From a virus: 64,000 nucleotides of DNA. This document shows, one piece after another, positions 43,910-53,890 of the stretch (its first letter is position 1; every line of letters begins with the position of its first letter). Where the stretch lies: the IMG/VR virus record IMGVR_UViG_3300038701_001470, positions 1,970 to 65,969 of that record; one strand, 5' to 3'. The notes beneath the pieces are model-generated. The model saw nothing but the letters and a program-made list of their open reading frames with translations. It did no database searches and was not told the DNA's origin. A program made the position numbers and the translations under genes.

Positions 43910-44472
43910 CACCAGAAGAAGTAACAGAGGCGGTAATCGCCGGAGTGAAGGCATCCAAAGAGGGAACTCACCCCGGGTGGAAAATGCTAGGTGGAATCCT
44001 CAGTATTTGCAGTTTGATCTTCCTAGCAGGAGGGGGTTGGCACCAACTCAAGCAGCTTGGCACCCAAACCGAGGAAAACAAAACGGAGCTGAAAACAGAG
44101 TTCAACTCAAAGCTCACTCAGGCAGTCTCCGACCTCAAGGATGATATGAGTGAAGATCAGCAAGGTCTAAAGGATCTCGTTCAGGAGGTGAAGAACATGA
44201 AAGAGGTTCAGATCCAGCGAGGTTCAGCCATTGATAAGATCGCGACTCTGGACAAGCGAGTCTCAGATGTATCTGCATCGAACGCAGAGAGAGCGAACAA
44301 TGCTCAGGAGCGAATGAATACTCTTTTTGATCTCCTAAAAGAGAATGCCGCCCGCCTCTACGAAATCGAAAAGCAGAGCGGCGATCGCATCAAGCGAACT
44401 CCTCTTGAACGATGGATCATTCAATTCGAGAAGCAGAATCAAGAATTGGATGTCCCTGAACTCGGGCACTAG
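43906..44472 (+). CDS. membrane-anchored coiled-coil protein (spanin-like position)
   Basis: N-terminal transmembrane segment and long coiled coil after endolysin. Confidence 0.45.
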   Translation: MTPEEVTEAVIAGVKASKEGTHPGWKMLGGILSICSLIFLAGGGWHQLKQLGTQTEENKTELKTEFNSKLTQAVSDLKDDMSEDQQGLKDLVQEVKNMKEVQIQRGSAIDKIATLDKRVSDVSASNAERANNAQERMNTLFDLLKENAARLYEIEKQSGDRIKRTPLERWIIQFEKQNQELDVPELGH

Positions 44473-45842
44473 AGCAAGTCAGGCTGAGTAGCGTTCAGCA
44501 TTTCGGCCCGTTGAAGCTCGCCGTCGAACTGCATTTCGACAGGATCGAATAGGCCGGTGTTCCTGCCCTTCAATGAGAACAAGTCCATGTGAGGATTGTC
44601 GTTGCCCCATGGTCGGTTGATCGCCCAAATCTGATCGGCATCGGCCTCGATCTTTCCTGATTCTCGCAAGTCGGACATTCGAGGGGCCTTCTGTTCCTTC
44701 TCTCGCTTGTCCTGATCTCGGTTGAACTGAGCGAGAATCAACCCAGGCACTTCGAGTTCCCGGAGCATGTTCTTCGTTCCGGTGGAGATTGCCGCGGCCT
44801 TCTCTTCGCCGAACAGGTTGGGATCCTTCTTCACCATCTGCATGTAGTCCATGGCGATGAGTTTGACGCCGTGCTTCACAACCATCTGACGGCCACGAGA
44901 ACGGATCTCTTCGATCGGCATGTCGGGAGTGTCGTCGATCACGAGCATTCCCTTTGCGATCAGATCCTTTGCAGAATAGAAGCGAGCCCTCTGTTCTGCA
45001 GTGACCATGGCATTCTCGACTTTGAGCCAGGAGACACCGGAGAGGTGAGAAGCGGCGCGTTGCATCAGATCCTCGGCAGGCATCTCGAGCGAGAAGATTC
45101 CAACCGGAGCGCCTTCGACTCTGGCAGCGTGGAGAGCGATTTGCAGCATGAGAGCCGTCTTTCCTGCTGAGGGGCGAGCGGCGAGAACAGTCATCATGCC
45201 GGGACGTAGCCCTCGCACGATGTTGTCGATGTCCGGAATGCCCGTCATGATTCCGCGGGGAACCGGTGTCGGATTTGCGAGGTATTCCTGCAACCCGATC
45301 AGCTCTTGCGCGAGAACTTCCGCACCGTCTTTGAAGCTCAGTTGGCTTTCCCGGGCCTTCCTGATCTTGAGAGCGGAAGTCTCCAGCCAATCGAGAAACG
45401 TGTCCATCGAGTCGCCTACACCGAAACCCATCGCCTTCTCAGAGAGCTTCCCGCAATAGCTCATGGCAGTCCGGAGGATCCGCTTGTCTCGAATGAGCTT
45501 GAAATAATCGACATGGAGGCCCATCGGAACACTGTCTTCGCAGATGTCGGCGATGTAGTTTTCCGTCAGATCCTTCGGACGCTTCTCCAGTTTGGCTACC
45601 TTCTCGGCAATGTGAACCTTGTCGATCGGGAGTCCCGCTTGCCACAGATCTTGAACCGCGACGAAGAACTGCTGATGAGCGGAGATTCCAAAGTCCAGCG
45701 GTACGAGCGCCGGCAAATCATTCCCTACGATGGTAGGGTTCTGCACGATCAGGGTGAGAAGGCTTCTCTCAGCTTCGGGGTTTTGAAGTCCCGATGGGCC
45801 GGAACTTGATTGTGGATTTTGTTGGGACGGATGGTTCATCAA
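44469..45842 (-). CDS. dnaB: replicative DNA helicase
   Basis: EAERSLL N-domain, LAARPSAGKT, FSLEM, IDDTP, MDYMQ, LAQFNR, DLRESGKIEADAD. Confidence 0.95.
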   Translation of the reverse strand: MMNHPSQQNPQSSSGPSGLQNPEAERSLLTLIVQNPTIVGNDLPALVPLDFGISAHQQFFVAVQDLWQAGLPIDKVHIAEKVAKLEKRPKDLTENYIADICEDSVPMGLHVDYFKLIRDKRILRTAMSYCGKLSEKAMGFGVGDSMDTFLDWLETSALKIRKARESQLSFKDGAEVLAQELIGLQEYLANPTPVPRGIMTGIPDIDNIVRGLRPGMMTVLAARPSAGKTALMLQIALHAARVEGAPVGIFSLEMPAEDLMQRAASHLSGVSWLKVENAMVTAEQRARFYSAKDLIAKGMLVIDDTPDMPIEEIRSRGRQMVVKHGVKLIAMDYMQMVKKDPNLFGEEKAAAISTGTKNMLRELEVPGLILAQFNRDQDKREKEQKAPRMSDLRESGKIEADADQIWAINRPWGNDNPHMDLFSLKGRNTGLFDPVEMQFDGELQRAEMLNATQPDLL

Positions 45843-46278
45843 AGATTGCGGTTACATGGGTGAAAGATTTCTGAACGTCGGCGGCTACATGGGAAAGCCG
45901 TGCGCTTGCTCTCATGAGAGTGGAGAAGTCAAAAGGAGTTTTTTGCGTCTCAAACCTCATCGAGACTGATGTAAAGCTGGCAGGCTTCTTCAAGTTCCGG
46001 CCTCTGGCGATCGCAAGATGACCGAGTATCACAGATTTCATGTCCTCACGAGAGAGAAATTGATCGTCTCGGATCGGTTCGAGTATTAGGCCGTTCACCC
46101 ATCCTTTGCCTGGGTGGTAATCCCACATCTTGCTCGCGGGAGTCATGAACTTCGAGATGTTGGTAGGGCCGTTGAATCCCATGAAGGTCAATCCCGGAAG
46201 CCAGCCGATTTCTCGAAGTCGCTTTCGCCGGCATTTCGAGCTGCCTCCAACTCTAGGTCTTGTGTCGAGTCGATTCAT
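45769..46278 (-). CDS. hypothetical protein
   Basis: Coupled to upstream gene; 3' end overlaps dnaB start by 74 nt. Confidence 0.45.
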   Translation of the reverse strand: MNRLDTRPRVGGSSKCRRKRLREIGWLPGLTFMGFNGPTNISKFMTPASKMWDYHPGKGWVNGLILEPIRDDQFLSREDMKSVILGHLAIARGRNLKKPASFTSVSMRFETQKTPFDFSTLMRASARLSHVAADVQKSFTHVTAIFDEPSVPTKSTIKFRPIGTSKPRS

Positions 46279-46661
46279 AACTGGTTCCAGCGGTCTTTTT
46301 CGTAGATGCCGTCTTCGAGCTCAATGTAATGCTCATGACTGAATGTTCGCGGATTCATCGCCGGCTTCTTTCCTTTCGATCTGAGGATGGCAGCGGACTT
46401 GGAAGCGATCTCTTTGAAGCAGATAACGGCAGCGACGATCGAATCAAACTCATCGATCATCTTCCCGTTGCGATCACGCACCCTGTAAATCGTTCCCCCC
46501 TGCATGTCATGGCAGGTCAGTTCACAGTCCCAATAAACAACCGATTTGGACTTTGAAACCAGTTCGTCTTCTCGGATTGATCGACCGCTCTGAGTGCGTT
46601 CGACGCAAAGGAACTCTCTCACCTTCTCCAAATCGGTTTGTAACAGGTAGGCTAGGCTCAT
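46275..46661 (-). CDS. hypothetical protein
   Basis: 128 aa, coupled. Confidence 0.6.
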   Translation of the reverse strand: MSLAYLLQTDLEKVREFLCVERTQSGRSIREDELVSKSKSVVYWDCELTCHDMQGGTIYRVRDRNGKMIDEFDSIVAAVICFKEIASKSAAILRSKGKKPAMNPRTFSHEHYIELEDGIYEKDRWNQL

Positions 46662-47629
46662 TCAAAGTAGGGGGTTAGGTAGGCTCCAGCATCGGCGGCT
46701 GAGAACTCTTCGATGAAATCATTCAGATCCGTCTTCGGGCGGCCGCCAAAGTTGCAGACCCGAAAACCGGCGATGGGCGCGAGTTGTCCACCCCATCTTT
46801 CTGAGGCGTCTTTTCCCGCCTCGTCGTTGTGTTGGACTTGAACCACTCTCTTGCCCCGGAAGAACGGAAGGCTCTTTTCGTGGAAGGGAGAGACGCCAAA
46901 CATGCCGACAGGCTTCCACGGGTAGCCATAGATGCAGCAAATCTCCATCGCGCATAGAAAGTCAGGGCCTCCCTCGGCGAGAAGAATGTCGGGATGATCC
47001 CCCACGTAGGAGATTCCAATCGGCCATGAAGCCCATGAACCAGTGATCGTGAGGCTCTTCACCTCTCCCCAATAAGGCTTCCCGTCGAGTCTTCGTGCCT
47101 GGGCGTTCACTTTCACCTTGTCGGTAATGACGAACGACCGGTGATTTTCCACTTGGCAAAAACCGACGAAATTATTCCTGACTGCGTATTCGATCGTCTC
47201 AGGTTGGAGAAAGCGAAGTCTCGCCAGTGCCTCTCGTTCCTCTTTGGATCCCGGATCAAGTTCCGGAATCGAAGGAAGATCGCGAGGTTTCATTGTCCGG
47301 CGCCGGCGAGTGGGGCGGTTCGTCGGATTGTAGTCCTTCCCCTCGTCGACATGGATTCCCAATCGACCGGCCAAACGCTTCACCGCATCGGGGAACTCAA
47401 CCCCGTCATACATCTGCACCCACTTGATAGCGTCGCCACCGGCCTGACACCCGAAGCAGTGAAATATCTGCCGTTCCGGGTTCACGTTGAAGCTACCGCT
47501 CTTCTCGTTGTGGAAAGGGCAGAGAGCTCGCCAGCTCGTTCCGGCCCTCTTGAGTTCTAAGTGTTCCCCGATCAGAGCAACGATGTCCGTGTCGGCGAGG
47601 ACACGCTGAATCGTTTCCTCGGGGATCAT
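46658..47629 (-). CDS. DNA primase-like protein (CHC2 Zn finger plus TOPRIM)
   Basis: CPFHNEKSGSF...CFGC; LLAEGGPD; HNDEAG. Confidence 0.88.
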   Translation of the reverse strand: MIPEETIQRVLADTDIVALIGEHLELKRAGTSWRALCPFHNEKSGSFNVNPERQIFHCFGCQAGGDAIKWVQMYDGVEFPDAVKRLAGRLGIHVDEGKDYNPTNRPTRRRRTMKPRDLPSIPELDPGSKEEREALARLRFLQPETIEYAVRNNFVGFCQVENHRSFVITDKVKVNAQARRLDGKPYWGEVKSLTITGSWASWPIGISYVGDHPDILLAEGGPDFLCAMEICCIYGYPWKPVGMFGVSPFHEKSLPFFRGKRVVQVQHNDEAGKDASERWGGQLAPIAGFRVCNFGGRPKTDLNDFIEEFSAADAGAYLTPYFE

Positions 47630-47976
47630 TCGATTTCAGGGTAGAGTTTCCCCTCGATGGTGAAGGTTGGGGTACCGTTAGAAATCGCTCGTGATACAAC
47701 GATTCCGTTTTGATCTCGAACGTCGAAGCTATCTTCGGGCTGATGCTTCACCGCCAGATCGCGAGCAACGGCGCTTACTGATTGACTCCCACTTTTCAAA
47801 AGCAGGGATTTTCCTACCTCAACGACCGGAGCCAGATCTTTCCCGGCGAGGAAATACTCGACCTGATTGAGAGTCCGCTCTTTCAATTTCTTGAGAGCTT
47901 TCTCGGCTTCGAGCTGGTTCTCTCGCTTGTCGACGCTGTGAATCTCACCGTCCTTTTCGTAGCAGATGAAGATCAT
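47626..47976 (-). CDS. hypothetical protein (tandem paralogue A)
   Basis: FICY...EAEKALKKL...YFLAG shared with next gene. Confidence 0.65.
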   Translation of the reverse strand: MIFICYEKDGEIHSVDKRENQLEAEKALKKLKERTLNQVEYFLAGKDLAPVVEVGKSLLLKSGSQSVSAVARDLAVKHQPEDSFDVRDQNGIVVSRAISNGTPTFTIEGKLYPEIE

Positions 47977-48293
47977 TTGTAGATGTTGTTTTCTCCCATT
48001 TCGATTCCATCGATTTGAACAGTCGCTCCATCCTGGGACTCAGACCAGTTGATGTTGGTTACCAGAAAGTCTTTGTCACTGAACATATCGATCTTGAAAA
48101 AAGAAGCCATCGTGAGACGGGGCACTACCCCCGGGCCGGCAATAAAATAGGGCGATTTCACTATTCGATCATTCAGCTTCTCCAGTGCTTTCTCAGCTTC
48201 GTGCAGAGTGGGATAGCTTTGGAACACCTTCAATTCTTCATCTTCCAAGTAGCAGATGAATGTCGGTGGAACTGGCATTTCGTCGTCGATCAT
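47973..48293 (-). CDS. hypothetical protein (tandem paralogue B)
   Basis: FICY...EAEKALEKL...YFIAG. Confidence 0.65.
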   Translation of the reverse strand: MIDDEMPVPPTFICYLEDEELKVFQSYPTLHEAEKALEKLNDRIVKSPYFIAGPGVVPRLTMASFFKIDMFSDKDFLVTNINWSESQDGATVQIDGIEMGENNIYK

Positions 48294-48790
48294 TGTTTGC
48301 CTCTGTTTTTTGCGATCTCTACAAGAAACCGGTTTTTAGTTTCCTCGTAGGAGTCGAAAACTTCCCGTCTGATGTTCGGATCAGAATACTCGTACTTCTC
48401 TTTGATGAAGACGATCGCCATTTCAGTTCTGGCCTTGATGCTGATCGGGCGAGCGGCGATGAATCCTCGAAGGATGCTCCAACCCATGCTCTCCAGGTCG
48501 GACTTTACTTCATCCGGGAAAGATGGCATTCCGAATGATTCCTGTCCTATGACATCAATCAGGGCGGAAAACTCTTCAAATATTCGAGTCGTTCGATTGT
48601 AGTTTTTGCTGCCTCGCTGCCAGCCCCATTTAAAAACGAAGTCACTCCCGTTCTTCCGAGCCTCGATCTCTAAGTCGATAGTGAAAGGGCCCATTTCCCC
48701 TGATGCAGTTGCTTTCGGATTTTTCACCCGAAAGCCCTTCGACATCATCGTTTGGCATTGCTTGTGATTGAATTGCGGTATTTCTTTCAT
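48290..48790 (-). CDS. hypothetical protein
   Basis: Start moved to ATG 48790 (ATGA overlap). Confidence 0.6.
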   Translation of the reverse strand: MKEIPQFNHKQCQTMMSKGFRVKNPKATASGEMGPFTIDLEIEARKNGSDFVFKWGWQRGSKNYNRTTRIFEEFSALIDVIGQESFGMPSFPDEVKSDLESMGWSILRGFIAARPISIKARTEMAIVFIKEKYEYSDPNIRREVFDSYEETKNRFLVEIAKNRGKQ

Positions 48791-49593
48791 GATTCTTTGA
48801 TGAGAAGGTATTCGTCGGCAGTCTCTTTCAGCATCCCGGATCTCATCGAATTCTTTGTCGCCGTGATTGTCTGGTAAACCCACTTCTCGGGGGGGTAGAA
48901 CTCTTCGATTTGCTCGAACCTGTAGTAACTGACGACGGCTTTCGCTTTGCAGGAGTTCAGCTGTTCAGCCAGGAACACGTGATCGGCCGTCTTGATCGTC
49001 CTCGAGTAATATCCCTCGGTTCCGAAGTAGGGAGGATCGCAGTAGAGAACGGCATTCGATCTCCTGCCGTAGTTCTCGATGATTTTTTGATAACTCTGAT
49101 TCTCGATGCAGGTATCCATCCAGAAGTCGGCGAGCTTGGAGAAGTCGCGAAGTCTTGATCGAAAGGTCTTGGCTTCCTTGATGAACGTGCGGTCACTGGC
49201 GCTCACTGAGAAGCCCCCGTTGCTCATCTTCCCGCCGTAGCTGTAATTCGACCGGAAGAACGTCGCAGCGGCTCTCTCGACAGGGGGGAGCGAAGCGAAG
49301 GATCTTCCCCCGGCCATGTAGATTTGATGATACCGGTCGAACTCGGCGCGGGACATCGGAAAGGCTTTGAGGAATTGAAGAAGCTCGCGACGGCGCTCTC
49401 GAAGGACTCGGAAGAAGTTCACGAGGTCACCATCGACGTCGTTGTAGACTCGCTTGTCGAAACCGGCATTCATGACGACGCTTCCGGATCCCCCGAAAAC
49501 ATCGACGAGAAGATCGGCGCCCGTGTCGTGGAGTGCTTTTCGGATATGGTTCATGATTCGGAATTTGGAACCGATGGATTTCAACGCTATCAT
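48787..49593 (-). CDS. DNA adenine methyltransferase (Dam/D12-like)
   Basis: DVFGGSGSV, VYND, YCDPPY. Confidence 0.9.
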   Translation of the reverse strand: MIALKSIGSKFRIMNHIRKALHDTGADLLVDVFGGSGSVVMNAGFDKRVYNDVDGDLVNFFRVLRERRRELLQFLKAFPMSRAEFDRYHQIYMAGGRSFASLPPVERAAATFFRSNYSYGGKMSNGGFSVSASDRTFIKEAKTFRSRLRDFSKLADFWMDTCIENQSYQKIIENYGRRSNAVLYCDPPYFGTEGYYSRTIKTADHVFLAEQLNSCKAKAVVSYYRFEQIEEFYPPEKWVYQTITATKNSMRSGMLKETADEYLLIKES

Positions 49594-49907
49594 CCTCGGT
49601 AATTGATTGCTCTGATGCCGTCCGGAGAAGGGCAGGCGATTCGATTGAAAGCCGACAAGGTGAATTGAGCAGTGAACTCTTCCGTGCGAACAAAGATCAT
49701 CGCGAAATCATCGGGGCGCATCCTGACTCGGTATCCTGTGTGATCAAATGGAACGACGATCTTCTGTTTGAGCGGTTCGCATCCAATGTGGAAGGGAACG
49801 ACCTTCAACCTTTCGGCCCGGGCGATCGCAAACCAGTATGCTTGCAGATCGGCATACCACTTCTGATCGCTCAGGACTTCAAACTCAGGGCCGGTCGGTA
49901 GCGCCAT
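49590..49907 (-). CDS. hypothetical protein
   Basis: Coupled ORF. Confidence 0.55.
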   Translation of the reverse strand: MALPTGPEFEVLSDQKWYADLQAYWFAIARAERLKVVPFHIGCEPLKQKIVVPFDHTGYRVRMRPDDFAMIFVRTEEFTAQFTLSAFNRIACPSPDGIRAINYRG

Positions 49908-50197
49908 TATGAATCGACGAATCCCTCAGTCTCGAGTTCGGTTGCAATATCCTCCCATCCCTCGGAGCGAGCCGTCGTGATCATCTGAGTCCCGCGGACA
50001 AGACGCTCGCCGGCCATGTCGAAAACGTGACTGTTCCCGATCTCGACTCCGTTCTTCTCGCACCATTTCAGAAGCTCAGGGTGAGAGATGTCGATCCGCT
50101 CGCCTTTGTTATTCAGGCCAAGCCAGTATTCTTCGGTTCCGAATTTCATATCAATCGAAGTGATTATTCCCAAGGGTGTAGATTTTGAATTTCCCAT
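49907..50197 (-). CDS. hypothetical protein
   Basis: 96-aa ORF, TAATG coupling. Confidence 0.55.
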   Translation of the reverse strand: MGNSKSTPLGIITSIDMKFGTEEYWLGLNNKGERIDISHPELLKWCEKNGVEIGNSHVFDMAGERLVRGTQMITTARSEGWEDIATELETEGFVDS

Positions 50198-50308
50198 CCG
50201 GCCAGTCGTTGTCCGAGTGGTAGTTGTTATATGTGATCCGCGCTCTCAGCGGAGATTTAGAAATAATGAAATGCCAAGCGAAAACCCTGACGTTGAATAT
50301 GGAATCGC

Positions 50309-50659
50309 TCATGATTTCTTGTTCCACTCACTCTCCATGATGATGTGTTCGCACTCCCGGCATTCGTGAACATAGCTGTACCAAGGAATGGTGTGTTCTA
50401 CCGTGGCGATTTGCTCAGTGTTGCACTCGGGACACTCAATGACTTCTTCGTGACTCCCGACGCTTGGAAGTCCACCGATCTTGTCGAGTGCCGACTTCGC
50501 CTCAGCCTGCAGGAAGAGGCGCGTTCCGTATTTCTTCGCTATCTCAGCATCACTCCAGTTGATCTTCCCATTCGCTTTATCGTCTTTGCCGGCGAGCGTT
50601 GGAAAGGATATTCGGGCCAGTGCTTTGGTGGCGATCTCTAGTTTTTCGGTGTCAGTCAT
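50309..50659 (-). CDS. hypothetical protein with C-terminal Zn ribbon
   Basis: CPEC and HECREC. Confidence 0.6.
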   Translation of the reverse strand: MTDTEKLEIATKALARISFPTLAGKDDKANGKINWSDAEIAKKYGTRLFLQAEAKSALDKIGGLPSVGSHEEVIECPECNTEQIATVEHTIPWYSYVHECRECEHIIMESEWNKKS

Positions 50660-51237
50660 GAGAGTAATTTAGCGATGTGTTCCTTGGATGCTCCAACGGG
50701 TTTGAAATCTCGCCATATCGTCATTTCAGCGAATTGAGTTCCGTTGTCGAGAGTGATTGCGTAGGTGAGAGTGTCTTTCCGGGCGAGCACGAAACCTGTC
50801 TTTGTTGTGAGGCTTGGGTGCCTGCCTGTTAGAATAATCTTCGCTCCGACTTCGAGATTTGGCCTAATGCGTTGGAGTGCCTTCTCTTTTGTATTTCGGA
50901 GTTCAACCGCGGCTTCCATGAGGGAGTGAACCTCGGCATACAGGTCACAGATATTCCGGTTGAAGTCATTCAGCATGTCGAAGAACGCGACGGCCTTATC
51001 GTGCCAGCAATCACAACCGTTGCAGAAATCCCCCTGTCCGAAGTCTACGGTGCCAGGGCCATAGTCACATTTGATCGCGCTCGAGTTCTCAAGCTCTTCG
51101 TACTCGCCTTCCTCCCAATCGTAGTGTTCAGGCTGAGCGCCATCGTAGTAGACCTTGTTGCACTCGCACTGAAAGACAGGGCCTCCCCCCGTGGAGAAGA
51201 ACTGTTCGATCAGTTCGATCTTTCGATCTCGTCTCAT
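50656..51237 (-). CDS. hypothetical Cys-containing protein
   Basis: CEC and CNGCDC motifs; coupled. Confidence 0.6.
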   Translation of the reverse strand: MRRDRKIELIEQFFSTGGGPVFQCECNKVYYDGAQPEHYDWEEGEYEELENSSAIKCDYGPGTVDFGQGDFCNGCDCWHDKAVAFFDMLNDFNRNICDLYAEVHSLMEAAVELRNTKEKALQRIRPNLEVGAKIILTGRHPSLTTKTGFVLARKDTLTYAITLDNGTQFAEMTIWRDFKPVGASKEHIAKLLS

Positions 51238-52079
51238 GAAACTGCAGGGTGAAAGTCCTGAACTCTGAGCTCTCTCGGGAAGTCGCTCATGTCGGTGTAG
51301 TGGTTCCTCGGCTCTCGCTTGCTGAGTCCCGCGCCGGTCTTGCTATCGTGCCAGTACGAACCGAGCTGCTTCATGAAGATCGGAACGCCATACTTGCAGG
51401 CTATCTCAGCGATCTCTCTGGCCCACTCGATGTCGAAGCGACGAGCTTCACTCCCGGACTCTCCACCGATCAGAAACCACATCTTCTTCCGCATGTCGGG
51501 AGTCAGATGCTCCATGTAGGCTTCGAGCGGATCCGCGATGGATTCGAGAAGTGGCTCGATCGAAAGGAAAACACAGGACGATTCAACCTCGAAGAGATAG
51601 TTCGCCCGGGCCATCGACTTCGCCGTTCCGACCGTCGTTCCGAAAGCTACGTTCTCGGGAGCGCGATCGGCAAGCCAGTCGATAGGAACTTCCTTCTTGA
51701 TCCGGCGAGGCCGCTTCGTGAGAAGCAGGAAGCGAAGATGAGGGAATGCCTCAACGGAATCGAGGAACTGACGGCGAGGATCAATGAGGCGATCGTCATC
51801 CTCGAAGATGTCGCTCATGGAGTTGATGAACACTCGGCGGTTTCGCTTCTGACTGATCGCGTCCCTCTCGGACTTCGCGATCTCGAGCATCGCACGTTCA
51901 ATGCGAATCCACCGGTGCTTCTCAGGCCCCCAATGAACCTTCCCATCGTCGAAGAGCGGCCCTCTCATCGAGTCGAGTTCCCGGGCGTAGCAGTGATCGC
52001 ACTCAGGGCCGGCTTCGGTGCATCCCCACCAAAGATTCCGAGTGTCGTCTGTCCATCCAATTTTTGAATCAGTTGCCAT
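51234..52079 (-). CDS. phage Gp37/Gp68-like protein (DUF5131)
   Basis: KIGWTD.T.N...GC....PECDHCYA, VFINSMSDIF, LLLTKRP, SIEPLL, IGGESG, FMKQLG. Confidence 0.9.
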   Translation of the reverse strand: MATDSKIGWTDDTRNLWWGCTEAGPECDHCYARELDSMRGPLFDDGKVHWGPEKHRWIRIERAMLEIAKSERDAISQKRNRRVFINSMSDIFEDDDRLIDPRRQFLDSVEAFPHLRFLLLTKRPRRIKKEVPIDWLADRAPENVAFGTTVGTAKSMARANYLFEVESSCVFLSIEPLLESIADPLEAYMEHLTPDMRKKMWFLIGGESGSEARRFDIEWAREIAEIACKYGVPIFMKQLGSYWHDSKTGAGLSKREPRNHYTDMSDFPRELRVQDFHPAVS

Positions 52080-52080
52080 G

Positions 52081-52581
52081 TTACTTCGTGAGTCGATCTT
52101 GCTGCCTCTTGAGGCGTTCGAGTTCTGCGATCATGAGCGCCGTCGCTTTGATCAGGTTCTCGCCTGCCGTTTCAGCAGGCTTCCAGTCTTTCGCCTCCCA
52201 GGGCCATTCCTTCGGAGGCTTCTTCATCGTGTCATTGCCGACGTTGATCGCGGCGTAGGCATAGCTCAGGGCCGCATCGAGGATTTCACCTCGAACGTGC
52301 ATGTCGTCGTGAACGGGGCCAAAGCCATGTTTGTGAACCTGTCTGAGTCGTTCGTGAATCACATCGAAGACGACAGGGCCGGAGAGGATCATAGCGAGAA
52401 TACTCTCGACGCCATGGCTTTCGTAGATCCCGGTTTTGACTGCACCGTTCCTGCACTTGAGGACGTTCACGCCATTTCCAACCAGCGGCGCCAGTAGGAT
52501 GACATCTCGCGTTGCTGCGTTCGGAATGCTTTTCAGATCGGCTTGTCGCCACTCGGGGTGTTTGAAGGATGATATAATCAT
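52081..52581 (-). CDS. conserved phage hypothetical protein
   Basis: WPWEAKDWKP...ENLIKATALMIAELERL; start moved to ATG 52581. Confidence 0.65.
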   Translation of the reverse strand: MIISSFKHPEWRQADLKSIPNAATRDVILLAPLVGNGVNVLKCRNGAVKTGIYESHGVESILAMILSGPVVFDVIHERLRQVHKHGFGPVHDDMHVRGEILDAALSYAYAAINVGNDTMKKPPKEWPWEAKDWKPAETAGENLIKATALMIAELERLKRQQDRLTK

Positions 52582-52916
52582 GATGGTTTTTTGGTTTGAA
52601 ACGACTGGCACCATGCTCGCCACTTCATTGTGTCTCGCATGATCTCGTCGCTTGGTTGAGATTCGATGTAGTGATAATCAGCCATGATTCCCCAATAGCT
52701 TTTGCTTCGAGGGCTCATAGTAACGTGGTATCGCGAGACGGAACTCTCGTCGATTTGATAGGCGTAGATGGCCTCGTTGTCGGAAGGCTTGTCGGTGAGT
52801 TGATCGAGCGCATCGACGACACCGGTAGGGCCATCGATCACGACACGAAGCAAGATGGGAGTCCGTTTCAGTTGCAGTTTTGATTCGGCTGCAGGGCCGT
52901 TGTGGAACTTGATCAT
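52578..52916 (-). CDS. hypothetical protein
   Basis: Coupled ORF. Confidence 0.6.
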   Translation of the reverse strand: MIKFHNGPAAESKLQLKRTPILLRVVIDGPTGVVDALDQLTDKPSDNEAIYAYQIDESSVSRYHVTMSPRSKSYWGIMADYHYIESQPSDEIMRDTMKWRAWCQSFQTKKPS

Positions 52917-53065
52917 GATTCAGTTTCTTCTTCTTCGAGTTCGTCGAAGTCCTCGATTACTTGGCAGTTCGTAGCGCCACAATCGGGACATTCGGTGTGA
53001 GTGAGATTGGTCAAAGGCCCTTGCCAAGTAACCTCAGTGCTTCCGCAGATTGAACAGATCATCAT
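52913..53065 (-). CDS. small Zn-ribbon protein
   Basis: CSIC and CPDC; start moved to ATG 53065. Confidence 0.55.
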   Translation of the reverse strand: MMICSICGSTEVTWQGPLTNLTHTECPDCGATNCQVIEDFDELEEEETES

Positions 53066-53487
53066 AGCTGCCAGCATTCGGGATCCAGACAGGGGATTAA
53101 GCCGGCGTGATTGCCGTCGCACTTCTCAAGAGCGAAGTCGTAGAAGTTCAACCGGCCTTTCGAGGGAACGAAATCGAGCGGCTTCGAATTCTCGAGTACG
53201 AAACCTTTCGGCCCGAAGAACCAGGGCGATTCACTCTCTGTCACGCAGTCGGTGACAGTGGAGTAGCCGACGATTCCGCCAGTTTCGAGGTCTTGCCAGT
53301 CGGGAATGTCGATACCGAATTCATCGAGACACTGTTTCCGGATTTGGAAGTAATCGCGTTCGATTGTCATGCTGGCGTGAACCAGAAAGACACCTCGGAA
53401 GTGAGTGTTCCAAGATCGGTTTTCGATGTCTTTATGTCCGTTGGTAATCAGCCAGGCCCACGGCTGGCGTATCGAGAGAGCTTTCAT
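53062..53487 (-). CDS. ASCH domain protein
   Basis: MKALSIRQPWAWLI..G.KDIENRSW.T.FRG..LVHA. Confidence 0.9.
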   Translation of the reverse strand: MKALSIRQPWAWLITNGHKDIENRSWNTHFRGVFLVHASMTIERDYFQIRKQCLDEFGIDIPDWQDLETGGIVGYSTVTDCVTESESPWFFGPKGFVLENSKPLDFVPSKGRLNFYDFALEKCDGNHAGLIPCLDPECWQL

Positions 53488-53890
53488 TTTTGAATTTTCG
53501 GATTGCGTAATCAGGGTTCGTTTCGTTGTGAAGCCCGTAGATCCCCATCATCCTCGCGCAAGCGAGAAGGTTCTGAGGACTCCCAGGCATAAATTCAGTG
53601 TTCCATTTGTCGAGTAATCGAGTGCGTTCTTCTTCGGGTAGGGCTCTGATAAAGGCTCTGGCTTTTCGCCAGCAATTCGCTCTGTTCGCCCTCATGGTCT
53701 TGGAGAAGAAATCACCTTGGCGATCGATGCGGGACTGTCTCTGTTCGAGCGTCTGCTCAGGAGCCAATTCAGGGAAGAGAGGCGTCTTGTCCTTCTCCCG
53801 CTGAATGGCTCGCTTTGCAGCTGAGATGCGGCGAGGCGTCCATTCTCGCCTTTCCATCGTGATCTCGTATCGCTCCCAATAGACCTTCAT
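53432..53890 (-). CDS. hypothetical protein
   Basis: Start moved to ATG 53890 (ATGA overlap). Confidence 0.55.
   Translation of the reverse strand: MKVYWERYEITMERREWTPRRISAAKRAIQREKDKTPLFPELAPEQTLEQRQSRIDRQGDFFSKTMRANRANCWRKARAFIRALPEEERTRLLDKWNTEFMPGSPQNLLACARMMGIYGLHNETNPDYAIRKFKNESSLDTPAVGLADYQRT

Noticed and set aside
50235-50262. CCGC-TGAGA-GCGCGG hairpin resembling part of a TPP or glycine riboswitch
   Set aside because: The rest of either aptamer is absent.
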